This document shows, one piece after another, positions 13,098 through 25,800 of a DNA stretch of 64,000 nt (positions are counted from its first letter, which is position 1; each line of letters begins with the position of its first letter). This DNA comes from Sarea resinae. Its lineage: Eukaryota. The notes beneath the pieces were generated by a model. It saw only the letters and a list, made by a program, of their open reading frames with translations. It did not search any database and had not been told where the DNA came from. Position numbers and translations under genes: made by a program. The stretch covers positions 310,001 to 374,000 of the forward strand of contig JAPEUD010000014.1 of NCBI GenBank assembly GCA_026026165.1. The letters are read 5' to 3'.

Positions 13098-13947
13098 CTA
13101 ACGGAGAGCACTCTCTGGCTCGCCTGCTTCCTTGTGCATGTTTCCCCTCTGAGCAGCTTGGAGATCTGCCTGTTCCACCCCCGGCTGCTCTTCCAGCCCA
13201 TTTGTGGCCCAAACCTGACTGATGGCTAGGTCAAACGGACCGGGTACCCGGTCGATGAGACCAATTCCGACCGTCTTGACCCTCTGTCGGAGCATCTCCC
13301 TCTGCGGCTCCACCACGACGCCATGGTTGGTGCGCACAAACTCATTCCAGTTGATCAGCACCGTCTCCCATTCTCCCGGACGGCGCGCGTAGAGTCGATG
13401 TTGGTGCAGATCCGTTGGCACAATGGACTCAGTCTGGACGTTCACAAAGTATTTTCGGCCGTCAGACTTGACCCGCAGAGCCAAATATTTGTACGGGTCG
13501 ATGTCCCACAAGCTCTTCCCGAAGAGCGTCGGCGGACGATCCAGGCTGCGCCACGCCGCATATCCCGACCTCTGAACTTGTGGACGGTTCGGCGGTAGTT
13601 CGATGGAAATATTGCCATGGAAGCGGGCATGCGGCGGTTCTTTAATCGTCTCTGGGATGAAGTCTAGAGAAGCCTTGGAGAATCCACCCATGTCGGCGTC
13701 GGACATGGTCTTACATGATGTCAGGGACGAGAAGTCGGAAAAGTTGAGCAGGGGATAAGGCGCGGTTGGGTTGCGTAAGCCTTCTTGCTTCAGGGCTAGA
13801 TGTGCGTGAAAGGGTAATTATCAGCATTTGGATTCCACATGAGATCACATAGATCCTGGAGCACACACCCATTTTCGACAGCCTCTTGAATTCATCCAGA
13901 CTCCGCTTGACGAAGCCCGGACCGAGCACTTGTGGTGTAGGCCTCAT
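13098..13947 (-). CDS. CIA30: Complex I intermediate-associated protein 30 (NDUFAF1 family)
   Basis: MSDADMGGFS, ARFHGNISIELP, RSGYAAWR, LRVKSDGRKYFVNVQTES..TDLHQHRL. One intron near the 5' end; basic N-terminus compatible with a mitochondrial presequence. Confidence 0.92.
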
Positions 13948-14501
13948 CTTGAAATGTCTGCAATGCGGTTGTATGTGTGTCTGTGTCTGTATTCGATGCG
14001 GGCGGGGGCGTTGAGATGTCGAATTCGCAAAAGTATTGACGTCTTCTGGTCTAGCACTCAGCAACAGCAGCTGCCGTCTCCAGTAGTTGGTGCCTAGTGG
14101 GAGTAGAAGTTGTGATCACCTCCGGGGCGGTATGAAGAGATGATTGAAGGCAACGTACTCTCGTCGTGCTGTGTTTTGTTTCGATTGCGAGTAGCATGCG
14201 GGTAGCTTCGATGATTATTATTGCCGTCGCATGCATCCATCCACGGATGGCGTCACTAGCGGCAAACCCCATCTCCGGTCTATCGGCGCGGATCACCATA
14301 AACTCCCTCAGCAACGATGATGAGTCAATATAAGACGCCCGAGGAAAATGAGTTCTATCCAGCTTGAGCCTCGACTACATCAATCTTGATAGTGCTTGGA
14401 AGATCTCACCACCTCTTCCCCTCTTCACATCTTCATTTCTTCATTTCTTCATTTCTTCATTCTTCGCTTTTCGCTATCGATAACATATCTCGACATCGTC
14501 C

Positions 14502-16471
14502 ATGGCCTCTCCGGCATCTACGACGGGTGCGAAAGTCATTGCGCGTGCTCTGCGTGACCTTGGCGTCACGGTCTTATTCGGCATCGTCGGGATCCCCGTC
14601 GTTGAGATCGCCGAGGAAGCCATCGGCCTGGGAATACGATTCATAGGATTCCGCAATGAGCAGGCCTGTGGCTATGCTGCAAGTGTATATGGCTACTTGA
14701 CCGGCAGGCCAGGAGTATGCTTGGTCGTGGGGGGTCCAGGTGTATTACATGCAATGGCTGGGGTACGAAGATCAACCTCGATCCACGTCGTCATATTGAT
14801 TTGGCTCACTTGATGATACTGACGTCTGTCTAGATTGGAAACTCCAATGCGAATGCCTTTCCTATGCTCATTCTTGCCGGCTCCAGTGAGACCCATCAGG
14901 TCACTAGAGGCGGATTCCAAGAGCTCGATGCCGTCTCCCTATTGACCCCGCACACGAAACTTGCTATCCGCCCTCCATCACTTGACTCTGTTCCGCAGAT
15001 CATTGCGAATGCATATCGGGCATCCTTCTACGGACGCCCAGGAACAGGCTTTGTCGATTTGCCCGCGGACCTCATTCAAGGTACGTTGGAAGATGAGACA
15101 GATCTCGAGCACGTACGGCCACTAGCATCACCACCTGTCAGCGGCGCAGATGAAGCCAAGCTTTTCAAAATCGCGCAGCTCCTTCAGTCGGCCAAAGCAC
15201 CTCTCATTGTGATCGGTAAAGGCGCAGCATATGGGCGGGCAGAAGCTGCTCTCCGCGAACTCGTCGATAAGACTTCTATCCCTTTCTTACCTACGCCCAT
15301 GGGAAAGGGCGTCGTTCCCGACTCCCACCCTGCAAATACAGCTTCCGCAAGATCTACAGCTCTCAAAAACGCAGACGTCGTACTCGTCCTGGGCGCCCGT
15401 CTCAACTGGATTCTTCATTTTGGGGACGCTCCGAAATGGAATGCAGCGGCAAAATTTATACAGGTAGACATCTCCGCAGAGGAGATCGGCCGGAACAGAG
15501 GAGACGCCGAGCTCGGCATTGTTGGCGACGTAGCAATCGTGACATCGCAGCTCATCCGCGCGTTGGGCACTTGGCATTTCAACACATCCGATTCAGAATT
15601 CATAAAACAGCTCAAGGGAGCCAAGGAGAAGAATGAAGCTACGGCGTCGAAAAAGGCACAGGAAGACAAATCTCCTATGACTTATGGCCGAGCTTTCGAC
15701 GTCATCAAGTCCTCCCTTCACTCCCTCTCTCCGCCAGAGCAAGGTGGCATTGTCTATGTCTCTGAAGGCGCAAACACAATGGACATTTCAAGATCTGTCT
15801 TTCCCGTTGAGCAGCCGCGCCTTCGATTAGATGCGGGCACCCACGCAACCATGGGTGTCGGCTTGGGATATGCCATTGCAGCACACGTGGCATACAATGG
15901 CAGTTCCGGCGCAGGCGATTCGGGACCTGCAGGGTCAACTGCTGGATCGAGTCGCAAAAAGATCGTTGCATTAGAAGGCGACTCGGCGTTTGGATTTTCG
16001 GCCATGGAGATCGAGACGATGGCACGATATGGCCTAGACATTTTGATATTTGTCATCAACAATGGCGGCGTGTATCATGGTGACAGCAGCTCTTCAGATG
16101 AATGGCTGGCGCGGCAGCGCCAAAGCCTTGACGGTGCAGTGGGTTCCGATGGCTTGCGCAGCACCAGTCTTGGCTGGGAAGTGGGCTACGAGAAGATTGC
16201 AGAGGCTTGTGGGGGCTTGGGGTTCAAGGTTCGCACGCCAGAAGAGCTTGAAAGGGCTACAATCGAGGGATTCAAGGCCAAGGTTCCCGTAATCGTCAAT
16301 GTTATCATTGAGGCTGGCGCTGCCAAGAAACTGGTTCGTCTTCTCTCTTTCGCAACCTGCTCGTTCGTCATCTGCCATGACGATATGCTGACCGATCTTT
16401 ATGGACAGGAGTTTGGATGGCAAGCTAGCGCGCAGAAAAAACCGAAGAAAGGTCAAGCATCGAAACTCTGA
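14502..16471 (+). CDS. HACL1: Peroxisomal 2-hydroxyacyl-CoA lyase (TPP-dependent, HACL1/oxalyl-CoA decarboxylase family)
   Basis: [44 protein letters not shown] motif GDSAFGFS...NNGG, and C-terminal PTS1 -SKL. Two introns. Confidence 0.9.
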
Positions 16472-16864
16472 AGCTTGTCTATGTGAATCGGCTTGATGGC
16501 TCTTTTCTGCTGATATGCATCCTCCGCCGAACTTTAGGTTCAGATCGGAGTTTATTATGGGAGTTTGTTATCTATTATCAGTGTCTGGGGACTTGGTTTG
16601 CAACCAGGCATTCATCCGCTGTTCGACTTTCATATTTTTTCAAGTCGGCGACTGTGAATTGGCTTGAAAGTCAATGGAGGGTATTTGGCGTATGTCTGGA
16701 CGGGAAATATCCTTGGAGGATGTTCTCTTCCCGTATCGCGCCTATGAAGCCAGCGGCAGCTTTCACTCTCTCACCCTGCGATTTAGCTGAGCTAATTTCC
16801 ACCTCTTTGACCGTCTCGATGAACTTCTCTCGCTTGCGGCTCTTTCCTAGTCAATCAAACCCTA

Positions 16865-17584
16865 CTACTTCACTCTCTCCCCGTAGTCACCGGCCCCCGT
16901 CTCCTCCTCCCACCACTCCCTCAAGACCCTCAACCTTCTGGTCCGTTCTTTTGCCAATCGACTCCCGGTCTCCGTCTTCATCATGCCCTCTAGTCTCTCC
17001 AACTTGATACCAAAATGCGCCACAGACTCATCCAAACTCCTGCCCTTGGCCCCACCGTACGCAAACACCCTCCCTATCCCCACGGCGCCAATCGCATCCA
17101 GCCGGTCCGCGTCCTGCACGACGGCCAACTCGGGCAACTCCCTCAGAACTTCCTGGACCTCTTCCGAGTTGGCGATCTCGTGCGAGTATGAGACGTGCGA
17201 GACGATCTTCTGCACTTGCGCCGCAAGGGCCGGGTCCGCGCCGTGGGAGAGCAGGAGCGTGTAGGCCATGTCGCGGCCGTCGCCTTCGTGCGGCTGTAGG
17301 TACTTGTAGTCGCCGTAGTCGTGGAGCAGAGCAGAGAGCGTGATCAGCGTCGTGCTATAGGGCTGGCCCCATCCATGGCGCAGGATCTGTTCGTCGCGTT
17401 GGATGCGCAGGGCCAGGGCGAGCACGCGCTCGATGTGGGCGTAGTCGTGGGACGCGTCGAATTGGGACATGTATGCTTGGACGGCGACGCGGACTTTGTC
17501 GATGAGGGCTTGCGCGGTCGAGTCGACGAGTCCCGAAGGAGAGAGACGGCCAATCTCCTGCCTTTGGGGCGCTGATTGAGCCAT
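16865..17584 (-). CDS. HD-domain metal-dependent phosphohydrolase
   Basis: DASHDYAHIERV, ALLHDYGDYKY and VVQDADRLDAIGAVGIGRVFAYGG. Intronless ORF. Confidence 0.9.
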   Translation of the reverse strand: MAQSAPQRQEIGRLSPSGLVDSTAQALIDKVRVAVQAYMSQFDASHDYAHIERVLALALRIQRDEQILRHGWGQPYSTTLITLSALLHDYGDYKYLQPHEGDGRDMAYTLLLSHGADPALAAQVQKIVSHVSYSHEIANSEEVQEVLRELPELAVVQDADRLDAIGAVGIGRVFAYGGAKGRSLDESVAHFGIKLERLEGMMKTETGSRLAKERTRRLRVLREWWEEETGAGDYGERVK

Positions 17585-18272
17585 GATGTATGTGATGTAG
17601 TGTAGTGAAGTCGCGTTTGCAGAGATGGCTGCAGTATGTGATCGCGAGACAGCAAAGATTTCCACAGTCCACAGTTCCTCAGATCCGCATGCCTATGAAA
17701 TGGCTGGTACAAGCCAACGAGGGCTTCAAGATGAAGCAGTCTCGGCCTACCTGCCTATACTACAGTAGGCAGCAATCCTCTGGTGGCGGCCATGATGCGA
17801 TGCGCGTAGCACCAACGCCAACCTGAACGAACAGCACGCGCGCTAAATACGCAATTGGAGAGGAAGCATCGTGAAGGATTGTTATTGAAAACATGTAGCA
17901 ATGCGGACATTCTATCAATCATGGGATTGTTGGATGCCACACCAAAACCCCCATCAAATTCCGTCGGGTGTCAACAACGAACACACTCGACTTTCGCGTG
18001 TTTTCCCCAAAGCGACGGGAGTTTCAATTTCGGAGACAAGTTGTCGCTATCCCCGATCGCTCGGCCAGGCCACTTTGCTACATCCATCCATCCATGCAAC
18101 ATCAATGACAAGATCTCGTCCGAATCATTTCAATTGATCGCACTTGACTTACAATCAACTTCAGCACATCTCACGTCCAGCATTGCTTACGCCTCATCTC
18201 ATCAATCGTCGCAGGGTAATCACACATACACATACATACACCTCTGCCTGGGCTGGGCCACGACACGACATC

Positions 18273-19377
18273 ATGACGCTATCGCATATCCTCAAGCTTT
18301 CCCTTCTCTCTCTCGCCATCTTCCACGCCGCTTCCGCTCACAGCGGTCATCATCAGGAGCCTGTCTCTGATGATGCGGACTGGGCGACGCAGCATATGGC
18401 CGGTACGCTCTTCTCCCCCCCTATCCCCTCCCTCCCTCCCCTCTCCCTCCTCCCCGGCGCCCACCACCAATCCCGGCCCTTTCTCCCCAGACTCCACTCC
18501 TCCAGCCATACCTTAGCCATGCGCACACATGACTAACGCCCATCTTCCTATTCCCCCCCAAACAGAAGAACACCACATCGGCAACTTCGACCCGGGCGCG
18601 TTCTTCAGCCTGCACGACTACGACTCCTCGGGTGACTGGACGCCCGCCGAGATCCTGCGCACCTACGGCCTGCTGGACGAGTCGGCCAAGGAGATCCCGG
18701 ACAGCAAGAGAGACGAGGTCGTGCAGAAGGTGTTGGCGCTCTTCGACGATAATCGCAATGGCATCATCACGCAGGGAGAGTGGATGCGCAAGTGTGCCGA
18801 GGGCGTGAAATTGCCCGACTTCGGGGTGAGTCGCGGGCTTTGCTTTTGCTGTTCCTCCGTTGTTGGCCGTTGGAGCGGGAAGTGGGGTTCGAAGGAAAGG
18901 GGGAACAGACGTTGAAAATGGTTGCGGCTAACATGTTGGTTGTCTAGCTGGGCCCGGGACATCATGGCGACGACGAATATGAATACGAGATCCACCATTT
19001 CGAGAAGTGAGTCTTCCCTCATCCGTCCACCTCCTTCGTCCTCTATGAAGTGCCATCAACCTGAATACAATGCCACTCTCCCACTAACTAAACTCCTCTA
19101 GGTATCATGACGAAAGTACGTTCCAAGATCTGGAGCATTCCGCCTCGTCGCGACACACACCCCTGAATGCAGCCAACCCAAACCCCTACCCGTCTTAGCA
19201 GGACTAACGCATTTACCCCCGACAGACACGAGAGAAGAAGACCTCACGCACCCGGAAGACATCGCGCACTTCAAGAAGCACGACCAAGAAGCCGACCAGG
19301 CAGAACGCCAGGAGCAGCTCGACCGGCTCTCCGTCATCGAAGAGAACATCCCGCTGAAGTTTCGGCGGGTCGCTTAG
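18273..19377 (+). CDS. SSP120: Secretory-pathway EF-hand protein Ssp120
   Basis: Signal peptide, then WATQHMAEEHH..FDPGAFFSLHDYD, an EF-hand-like DDNRNGIIT, GPGHHGDDEYEYEIHHFEKYH and EDLTHPEDIAHFKKH. Five exons. Confidence 0.9.
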
Positions 19378-20050
19378 ACGGCCTCGTTCCCCCCATCGTG
19401 ATTCCAATCCATACGCTCCTCCTCATCCCCATCACCTTCATACCCCACATACCGCCCCGCACACCTCCCGACCCCGCCTCCCTCATATGACTCAGTTCCA
19501 ATCCTCTCAACCCCTCCATCATCATCACCACCATAATCACTTCGAACAGCCACGGCCCCGATTGTCGAGACAGGCCTTCTACGTTCTCCTGAGCCTCCTC
19601 ACCTGGCGCGTCTTCTGGAGCATAGCCGCCGCGCAGCCGCCGACCCCATCGCGCTTCGTGCTCGTTTATTTTGTCCTGTATATTACTTTCCTTCTTGTGG
19701 CCTTTTTGACGCGCTTGTGAGAACTGGGTTTTCCTTCGGGCTTTGGTTTGTGTGTCTGTGCCGAGAAGGAGGCTGAGGAGAAGGAGGAGGAGGAGGAGGA
19801 GGGAGAGGAGGAGGAGGAGGGAAATAGACAGATGTATCAACGCATGCAAATGGCAAAGCACCCCTCATAGACACACACACACATATACAAAGTCCTCTCT
19901 TGCATGTTCGCTTTCCCAAGCACCAGCGAACAAAGCCGCCTCAATCGCCCCCGTTGTCGTATTCCATATATTCCATATCCCGTCATTCGTATCAATCTCG
20001 TCTGGTCTCATATCAAACCCGAAGTCCAGCCCGACAATTGTTCTTCTGCG

Positions 20051-22081
20051 TCATTCTTCGGTGCCGGGGGGCTCCACGCAGATGTCGATGACGCAATGCC
20101 ACACGCCCGGCGCGTAGCTCTTGACGCGTTCCACGTGCTCGACTCTCGCCGTTCTTTTTCTCTTGTCGCCGCCGTTGCTGCCGCTGATGTCCTGGCTGGT
20201 TCCCTGGATTCTCTTTCGCTCTTGCTCTTGCTCTTGCTCTTGCTCTTGCTCTTTCGCCCTCGCACTCAGCGCCTGCGCCTGCGCCTCGCCCCTCACCCCA
20301 CCTCCGCCATCACCACCAGAACCAGTCCCAGTCCCAGTCCCCTCACCCTCGTCCTCTCGATCCCTCACCCCATCCCCATCCCCCTCCCCCTCCCCCGCCA
20401 GCACCCTCGCGAACCAAGCCCCAATCTCACACGCCTTCGTCTCGATCTCCGCCACGCCGATGTTCTCATGCACGTGGATCCAGCCGCGGGAGCGCGGATC
20501 CAGGGCCGCGAGCGCGATGGGCCAGCTTGCCCGGGACGTCGGCAGCAGGCCGCAGTTGACGTGGCGGATGGGTGGGATCTGGGCCGTGGCTCGGAGGTAA
20601 GCGAGGCGGGGTAGGGCGCGCGTGTTGGGGGCGTGGTGGATGGTGAGATGGGGTGGTTTTGAAGGCGGTGGAGGTGGTGGTGGGGTTTTTTGTTGTCTGG
20701 TGGGTTTGGAGGGGGGCTGGGACGGGTTTGGCGGCTCCCCTCCTGATCTCGATGGTAGTTTTCTGGACTCGTCTAGCTCGTTCGCATGATCCTTTTCTTC
20801 TTCTTCTTCTTCTTCTTCGACGACCCGAACGTCTTGCCACCCGTTCATCAGCGCGCCCCTCCTGAACGCCTCGCAGCTCCAGGCACTGAGGTCCCAGCCG
20901 ACGACGGCGCCGACGCCCGCGCGCGCGTAGCAGAAGGAGAAATAGCCTATGCCGGCGTAGAGATCGACGACGGAGATCTCGGCGGGCGAGCAGCCGAGAT
21001 GTCGGGGCGTCAGGGACGACAGCGACAGGAGCCGCGTCTTCTCGCGCATGTTGCCCCGGCTGAACATGGTGTGCGCGGGCGCCCAGGTCTGGTGGATGCC
21101 GTTCTGCGTGCTGGTGATCCAGAGGGCGGCCTCGAGGTCGGAGGCGCTTGGAGCATGGTTGGGAGGGGCGGGGCGGAAGGAGAGAGGGTGCAGAGGTGTC
21201 AGGTGGGTGGGCGAGCGGAGGGCGTTCGGTGTTGTGGAGGGCCTGCTGGGCGTGATGCTGTCGTTTTCGAGAGGAGAGCTGGAGGATTGGACGGCGGGTG
21301 GGATCGGCGCGTTGATGGCTACGTGCGTCACGTGTAGTGCGGATGCTATCTCTGTCCATAGGCGCCGCTTTTCGCTTTCCTGGGTGGCGTTGAGGAGGTC
21401 CTTCCAGTGCGGGTGCGTAAAGGCGTTTTCGGGCAGGAGAAGGAGGGGAGGGTAGATGGTGTAAGTGTGGGGCGCGTGACAGAGCAGGTGGGAGATGGTC
21501 TCGTCGCGGGTGAGATTGGCGATGCTAGTATCGGAAAGGAGAGAGAGGAAAGAGAGCGAGTGCAGCCAGCTGGCTAGCGCCTGAGTAAGGGGGTTGAGAA
21601 TTTTGGACTTTGGGGACGAATGATAGGTGGCGGCGGCCGTGGCGGTTGAGCTGGTGAGATATTTGATTGATGTAGATGTGGAGATGGAGGAGCTGCTGCT
21701 GCTGCTGCTGCTGTTGTGTCCTCTAGGAGAGCTGGCAATCCTCTCGACAGCACATCTGACCTGCGCCACCTCTTCAGAACCAATCTCTCTATCGCTCAAG
21801 ATACTCCACTGCTCTCCAGCATCATCCTCGTAGCCCAACTCATCACCCGTCTTTCCCGACTCATCATCAACCTCGTCACCATGCCCCCGGACCTCAACTC
21901 TCGTAGTCAAAAGAAGCCACCCTCGGGTCTCCTCCCCCAAGCCCAATTGCTCCTCTTCATCTTCCCTCAACGCTCGAATCTTGACATCTTTATCCAACAA
22001 CCCTTTCGATTCCAGAGATTCTTTGAGCGGCTTGACAAGCGTTCTAGGCGCAAGAAGCAACAAACATCTGCTCCTTTGCAT
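20051..22081 (-). CDS. TYW2: tRNA wybutosine-synthesizing protein 2 (SAM-dependent aminocarboxypropyltransferase)
   Basis: QNGIHQTWAPAHTMFSRGNMREKTRL, SAM motif VVDLYAGIGYFSF, HVNCGLLPTS, WIHVHEN, VKSYAPGVWHCVID. Intronless ORF with low-complexity inserts. Confidence 0.9.
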   Translation of the reverse strand: MQRSRCLLLLAPRTLVKPLKESLESKGLLDKDVKIRALREDEEEQLGLGEETRGWLLLTTRVEVRGHGDEVDDESGKTGDELGYEDDAGEQWSILSDREIGSEEVAQVRCAVERIASSPRGHNSSSSSSSSSISTSTSIKYLTSSTATAAATYHSSPKSKILNPLTQALASWLHSLSFLSLLSDTSIANLTRDETISHLLCHAPHTYTIYPPLLLLPENAFTHPHWKDLLNATQESEKRRLWTEIASALHVTHVAINAPIPPAVQSSSSPLENDSITPSRPSTTPNALRSPTHLTPLHPLSFRPAPPNHAPSASDLEAALWITSTQNGIHQTWAPAHTMFSRGNMREKTRLLSLSSLTPRHLGCSPAEISVVDLYAGIGYFSFCYARAGVGAVVGWDLSAWSCEAFRRGALMNGWQDVRVVEEEEEEEEKDHANELDESRKLPSRSGGEPPNPSQPPSKPTRQQKTPPPPPPPSKPPHLTIHHAPNTRALPRLAYLRATAQIPPIRHVNCGLLPTSRASWPIALAALDPRSRGWIHVHENIGVAEIETKACEIGAWFARVLAGEGEGDGDGVRDREDEGEGTGTGTGSGGDGGGGVRGEAQAQALSARAKEQEQEQEQEQERKRIQGTSQDISGSNGGDKRKRTARVEHVERVKSYAPGVWHCVIDICVEPPGTEE

Positions 22082-22857
22082 CTGCTTTTGCTCCGATGCT
22101 AGGTGTATCATGCTTCTAGAGCAGAAATCGATAGGTCCGACTGTCTAGGAGTCTTTCGCTCTGCTCATCTTCCGATCTCTTTTTTACGATGCTGGAATCT
22201 CTCTTTGATTTTCCTGAGACTCGCTTTCTTCTTGGTCTCTGTGTGGGGTGTTTTGCGGGAATGCTTTGGGCACCTTCCGCTAGAGCAGAGAAGACAGAAT
22301 CTCGACCTTCCTATAACCAGCCAGACACCAAAGGCGATTTATTTGCGGCACCCTTATCAAGATGGATTTGAGAGCCTGTTTGAATACCTGAGGGATTGTG
22401 CTCTATGGCCTGTAATTCATCCATCTAGATAGATGGGATTAGATAGGCGGCAGTCCGCAGAGATGAGATTGATTGATAAGATTAGATGGATAGAAACACG
22501 ATAAGGATAAGCCTCGAGAGACTGACTACCTCCATGGAATAGGCTCACATGCTTCTACTAGCACGATAGACCAAGAAGAGCGCACAAGGACGTAGGATCT
22601 TTCGAACTTGTTTGATAGATGTATTTTGTTGACATATACTTTACTTTGAAGAAGATCGCATATATCATATAATCCGGAACTGATCGTGCGAGAATGCCGG
22701 AAATGAGGAAAAGGAAAGACGAAACTTGGTATCACAATATCATCAGACTAATCCTCGTTCCAAGACGCCGACTGATGCCAATCAACCATGAAGACCGCTA
22801 AAAACCCACAAGACTCCGAAATTCGAATCAGAAATAGGTATATTACAGGCTCAAGAA

Positions 22858-25800
22858 TCAGGTAGACTCGAAATGAATCTCATGAAAGGCCCCCTTGCCC
22901 TTACACGATGCCACAAGGATGCCTCTTTTCTTCTGGTCCGGATCCTCGAACAGGAACGCACAGTCGGTAACGTAATTATAGCCTGTGCTTGCAAGGTCTG
23001 CTCTTTGAATCGGTTGCACTTTTTCCTGGCTCCGAAGGTGGCTTATTGGGACCGTGACGACTTTCCGCTTCGTAGTGATAAAAGCAGCCTCTAAATCGTC
23101 ACCGCGAATAAGTACGTCTGATAGAGATAGACCAAGGTCCGAGCATCGGAAAATATCGGTCTCCTCCATGAACGAGGAGTAGCGAACTTGTTTCTGATGC
23201 AGAATGGCTAGGAACGAATGCTTTTTGTGGAAGAGAGCCAATGAGGTTAGTAGGCTAGTGGTCAAGTCATTGCGGCCCTAAACAGATTGTTAGATACTAC
23301 TTTGGAATTCAGTGAGCTATTAGTCAGACGTACTCGATCAATAAAGCTTTTATCGCTCAGATATACCCCCTTCGAGGTGCTCCACGCGTGGACGGTCACC
23401 GTGAGCCTTTTACCTGCTTCGAGTTTTGATCTGCCGATGAACGCTAGCAATTGACTATCGGTCGAGAACTTTAGATCTCTTTTATTTTCGTCTATGTGCC
23501 CGCAGTTGTAGGACTTGCCCTGAAGGATGTTGAGCCCATCCAGATCTATAGGGCCAGATGAGGGGGAATGGAAAGGCGCGGATGATGGACTAAATTCAAG
23601 AAACGTAAGTATTAGTCTCAAGATTGCTGTGCATGAGAGAAAGCATACTATTCAGAGGAGAAGCTCAAGAGCTGGTCGGTCTGGAAGAGATATACCAGGG
23701 TATCGCCTGATCTATCGATGGCACATGCGATGAATTCAGCGTTGGGAGAAATGGCCATCTTTTTTATGGGACCCGATGGCCAGGGAACATAAATATTCCG
23801 GCAAGGTGTAACTTCAGCACCGTCTAGTGCTGAACACGTCGAGAGGTTATAGATATAGCACTGCGTGATATTAGCAATATGCAGGGAAGCTGAGTCTCAA
23901 TGACTTCAATACCTCGAAATTAGTTGAACTGGGATAAGCACAAAGATAATCGGAATTCAAGCAGAAGCCTGCCCAACGCCCACCATCGGGTACTTCGTAT
24001 CTGCCAATTCGTTGCGGCGAACTGTCTTTGCTTCGCATGCCATCCACCGAGTATACTTCAATTGCCTCGGGGGAGTAGAAAGCGAGGCGATCTCCTTGCG
24101 CTGTAAATGCGCATTTGTTCATGTCTCCTGACAACTGCAATTGGAATGTCTGAGATGTCCGACTCGATGACCTTCTGCGTATTTTGTGTATAGGGGAAGC
24201 CAAACGGGTGAAGAAGCTAGCCCGTCTAGGAATCGCAGCTGTGCCGGTTTCTGCTGGATCACTCGCATTATCTGGAGCCGAACCAGAAAAAGTAAACATG
24301 TTGTCCACATCAGAAGGAGATGGGCTATGACGGGGGCGATGTGTGGGGTTGGGAGGTGCTGTGTAAGACAGTATGCTGCCCGGAGAGGCATTACCGTCAA
24401 CATCAACGGATTGGGCCTCTAAGAAAGGTGCGGTATGAGGTGATCTGCTTCTACCAGCAGTGCCGGGAGGGGATATATCATTTCCTTGAGAGGGCTGGAT
24501 AGTATTAGAAGGAGCCGGGCTGCCGAGATTAGGGTTGCTGAAAGTCGTGGTATTAGAGGATGAGCTGATAGGAGGCGTCCGAGGGATGCTTGTTATATTA
24601 GATGGTCTGTTATCTATATGTCTAGGGATTTGAGGTGCGGATACGGCATCTTCTTGAGGCTGGAGGATCGTTGAAGTTTTCCTCAGCATCACCGTCGTCT
24701 CTTCCGTGCTTCGGTCGAGAGAACGATTTTGAATGGTAGTATTAGGGAACTTATTCGCAAGAGGTGTCCCAGGTAGAGTTATAGGGGTAGATGATGCGCC
24801 ATCTATACGTCCGGGGCTCTGAGGTACGAGCCCGGTACCTCCTGGAGCAGACCTGAAGATGTTATAGATTTTTTTGAGCTCCTCCCTAATCTCTTTAGCC
24901 GTCGTGTCCCCTCGTATCGAAGGATCAGGTAAGAGCACTCGATCACTCAAAAAGTGAAGAGTCTCACTGAACACGCGCTCCTCGGTCGAGTCTTCTCGAG
25001 CGCGAGATTGCAGCATGTTGAACCATTCCAGTACTTGCGGGTTCACAATAACCTCCTTGCCACAGGGGGCGGGCCATACGCTTGCTGTCGTATCTGTGGT
25101 TGCAATATCCGAAACTTTGTAGAATTGATCGGTCCTTCCTCTGCTTCTTCCAAACTCCTCGACACCGTTCTTGCCATCATCGATAAAGGTCATTACCAAG
25201 CTCAGAACGCACCCAAACGACCATACATCGGCTTGCCTCCCTACCGGTTCATCCAGAGCGGCCTCGGGTGCTAAATACGTGCCATCGCCTCTTCTGTTCA
25301 TCGTCTGTTCAAAAATCTGGTCCATGTCGTAGGTCCCCGTGAGGCGCTTGACTCGTGACATACCAAAGTCGCTTATCTTCCAGATATAACTACCGTCGTC
25401 CCGTCGGACCACCAGTATGTTTTGCGGCTTTAAATCCAGATGGTAGCAGCAGAGAGGTTCATAGGTGTCTGCATCATCCAGACCGTGCAAGTGCGCCAGA
25501 GCGCCCGCGAGACCAGTGGCGTGGTGAAAGATCTGCATCTTTGCGGTTTTGGTCTGTGGTGCGTTGTTCCTAGTGAGGTACTCCCACAGATTCTCTTCAG
25601 CAAGTTCAAAGAACAGGCTGTAGATTTCACCTCTCTGCAAGCTTCCAAGGGTGACCATGATGTTCTCGTGCGTCCGGCTTGCTCTCAGAATTTGCCTTAA
25701 AGTTTTTCGCTCTTCGGTGAAAGACTCGCCGCCTTTGATCGTGAAGTCTTTTCTGGCATAGTCTTTGTCCTGTCAAATACAGTCAGCCACCCTGAGATGG

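Noticed and set aside
13700..13800. Apparent frameshift in CIA30 between ORF-track pieces
   Set aside because: Splicing of one GT-AG intron gives a continuous frame.
19904..21455. Several long overlapping ORFs (e.g. 236 aa +, 297 aa -, 183 aa +)
   Set aside because: Alternative or antisense frames of the GC-rich TYW2 CDS.
23590..23660. Apparent premature TAG in the kinase C-terminal region (pseudogene?)
   Set aside because: The TAG overlaps a GTATGC donor; splicing yields TAT and the frame continues.
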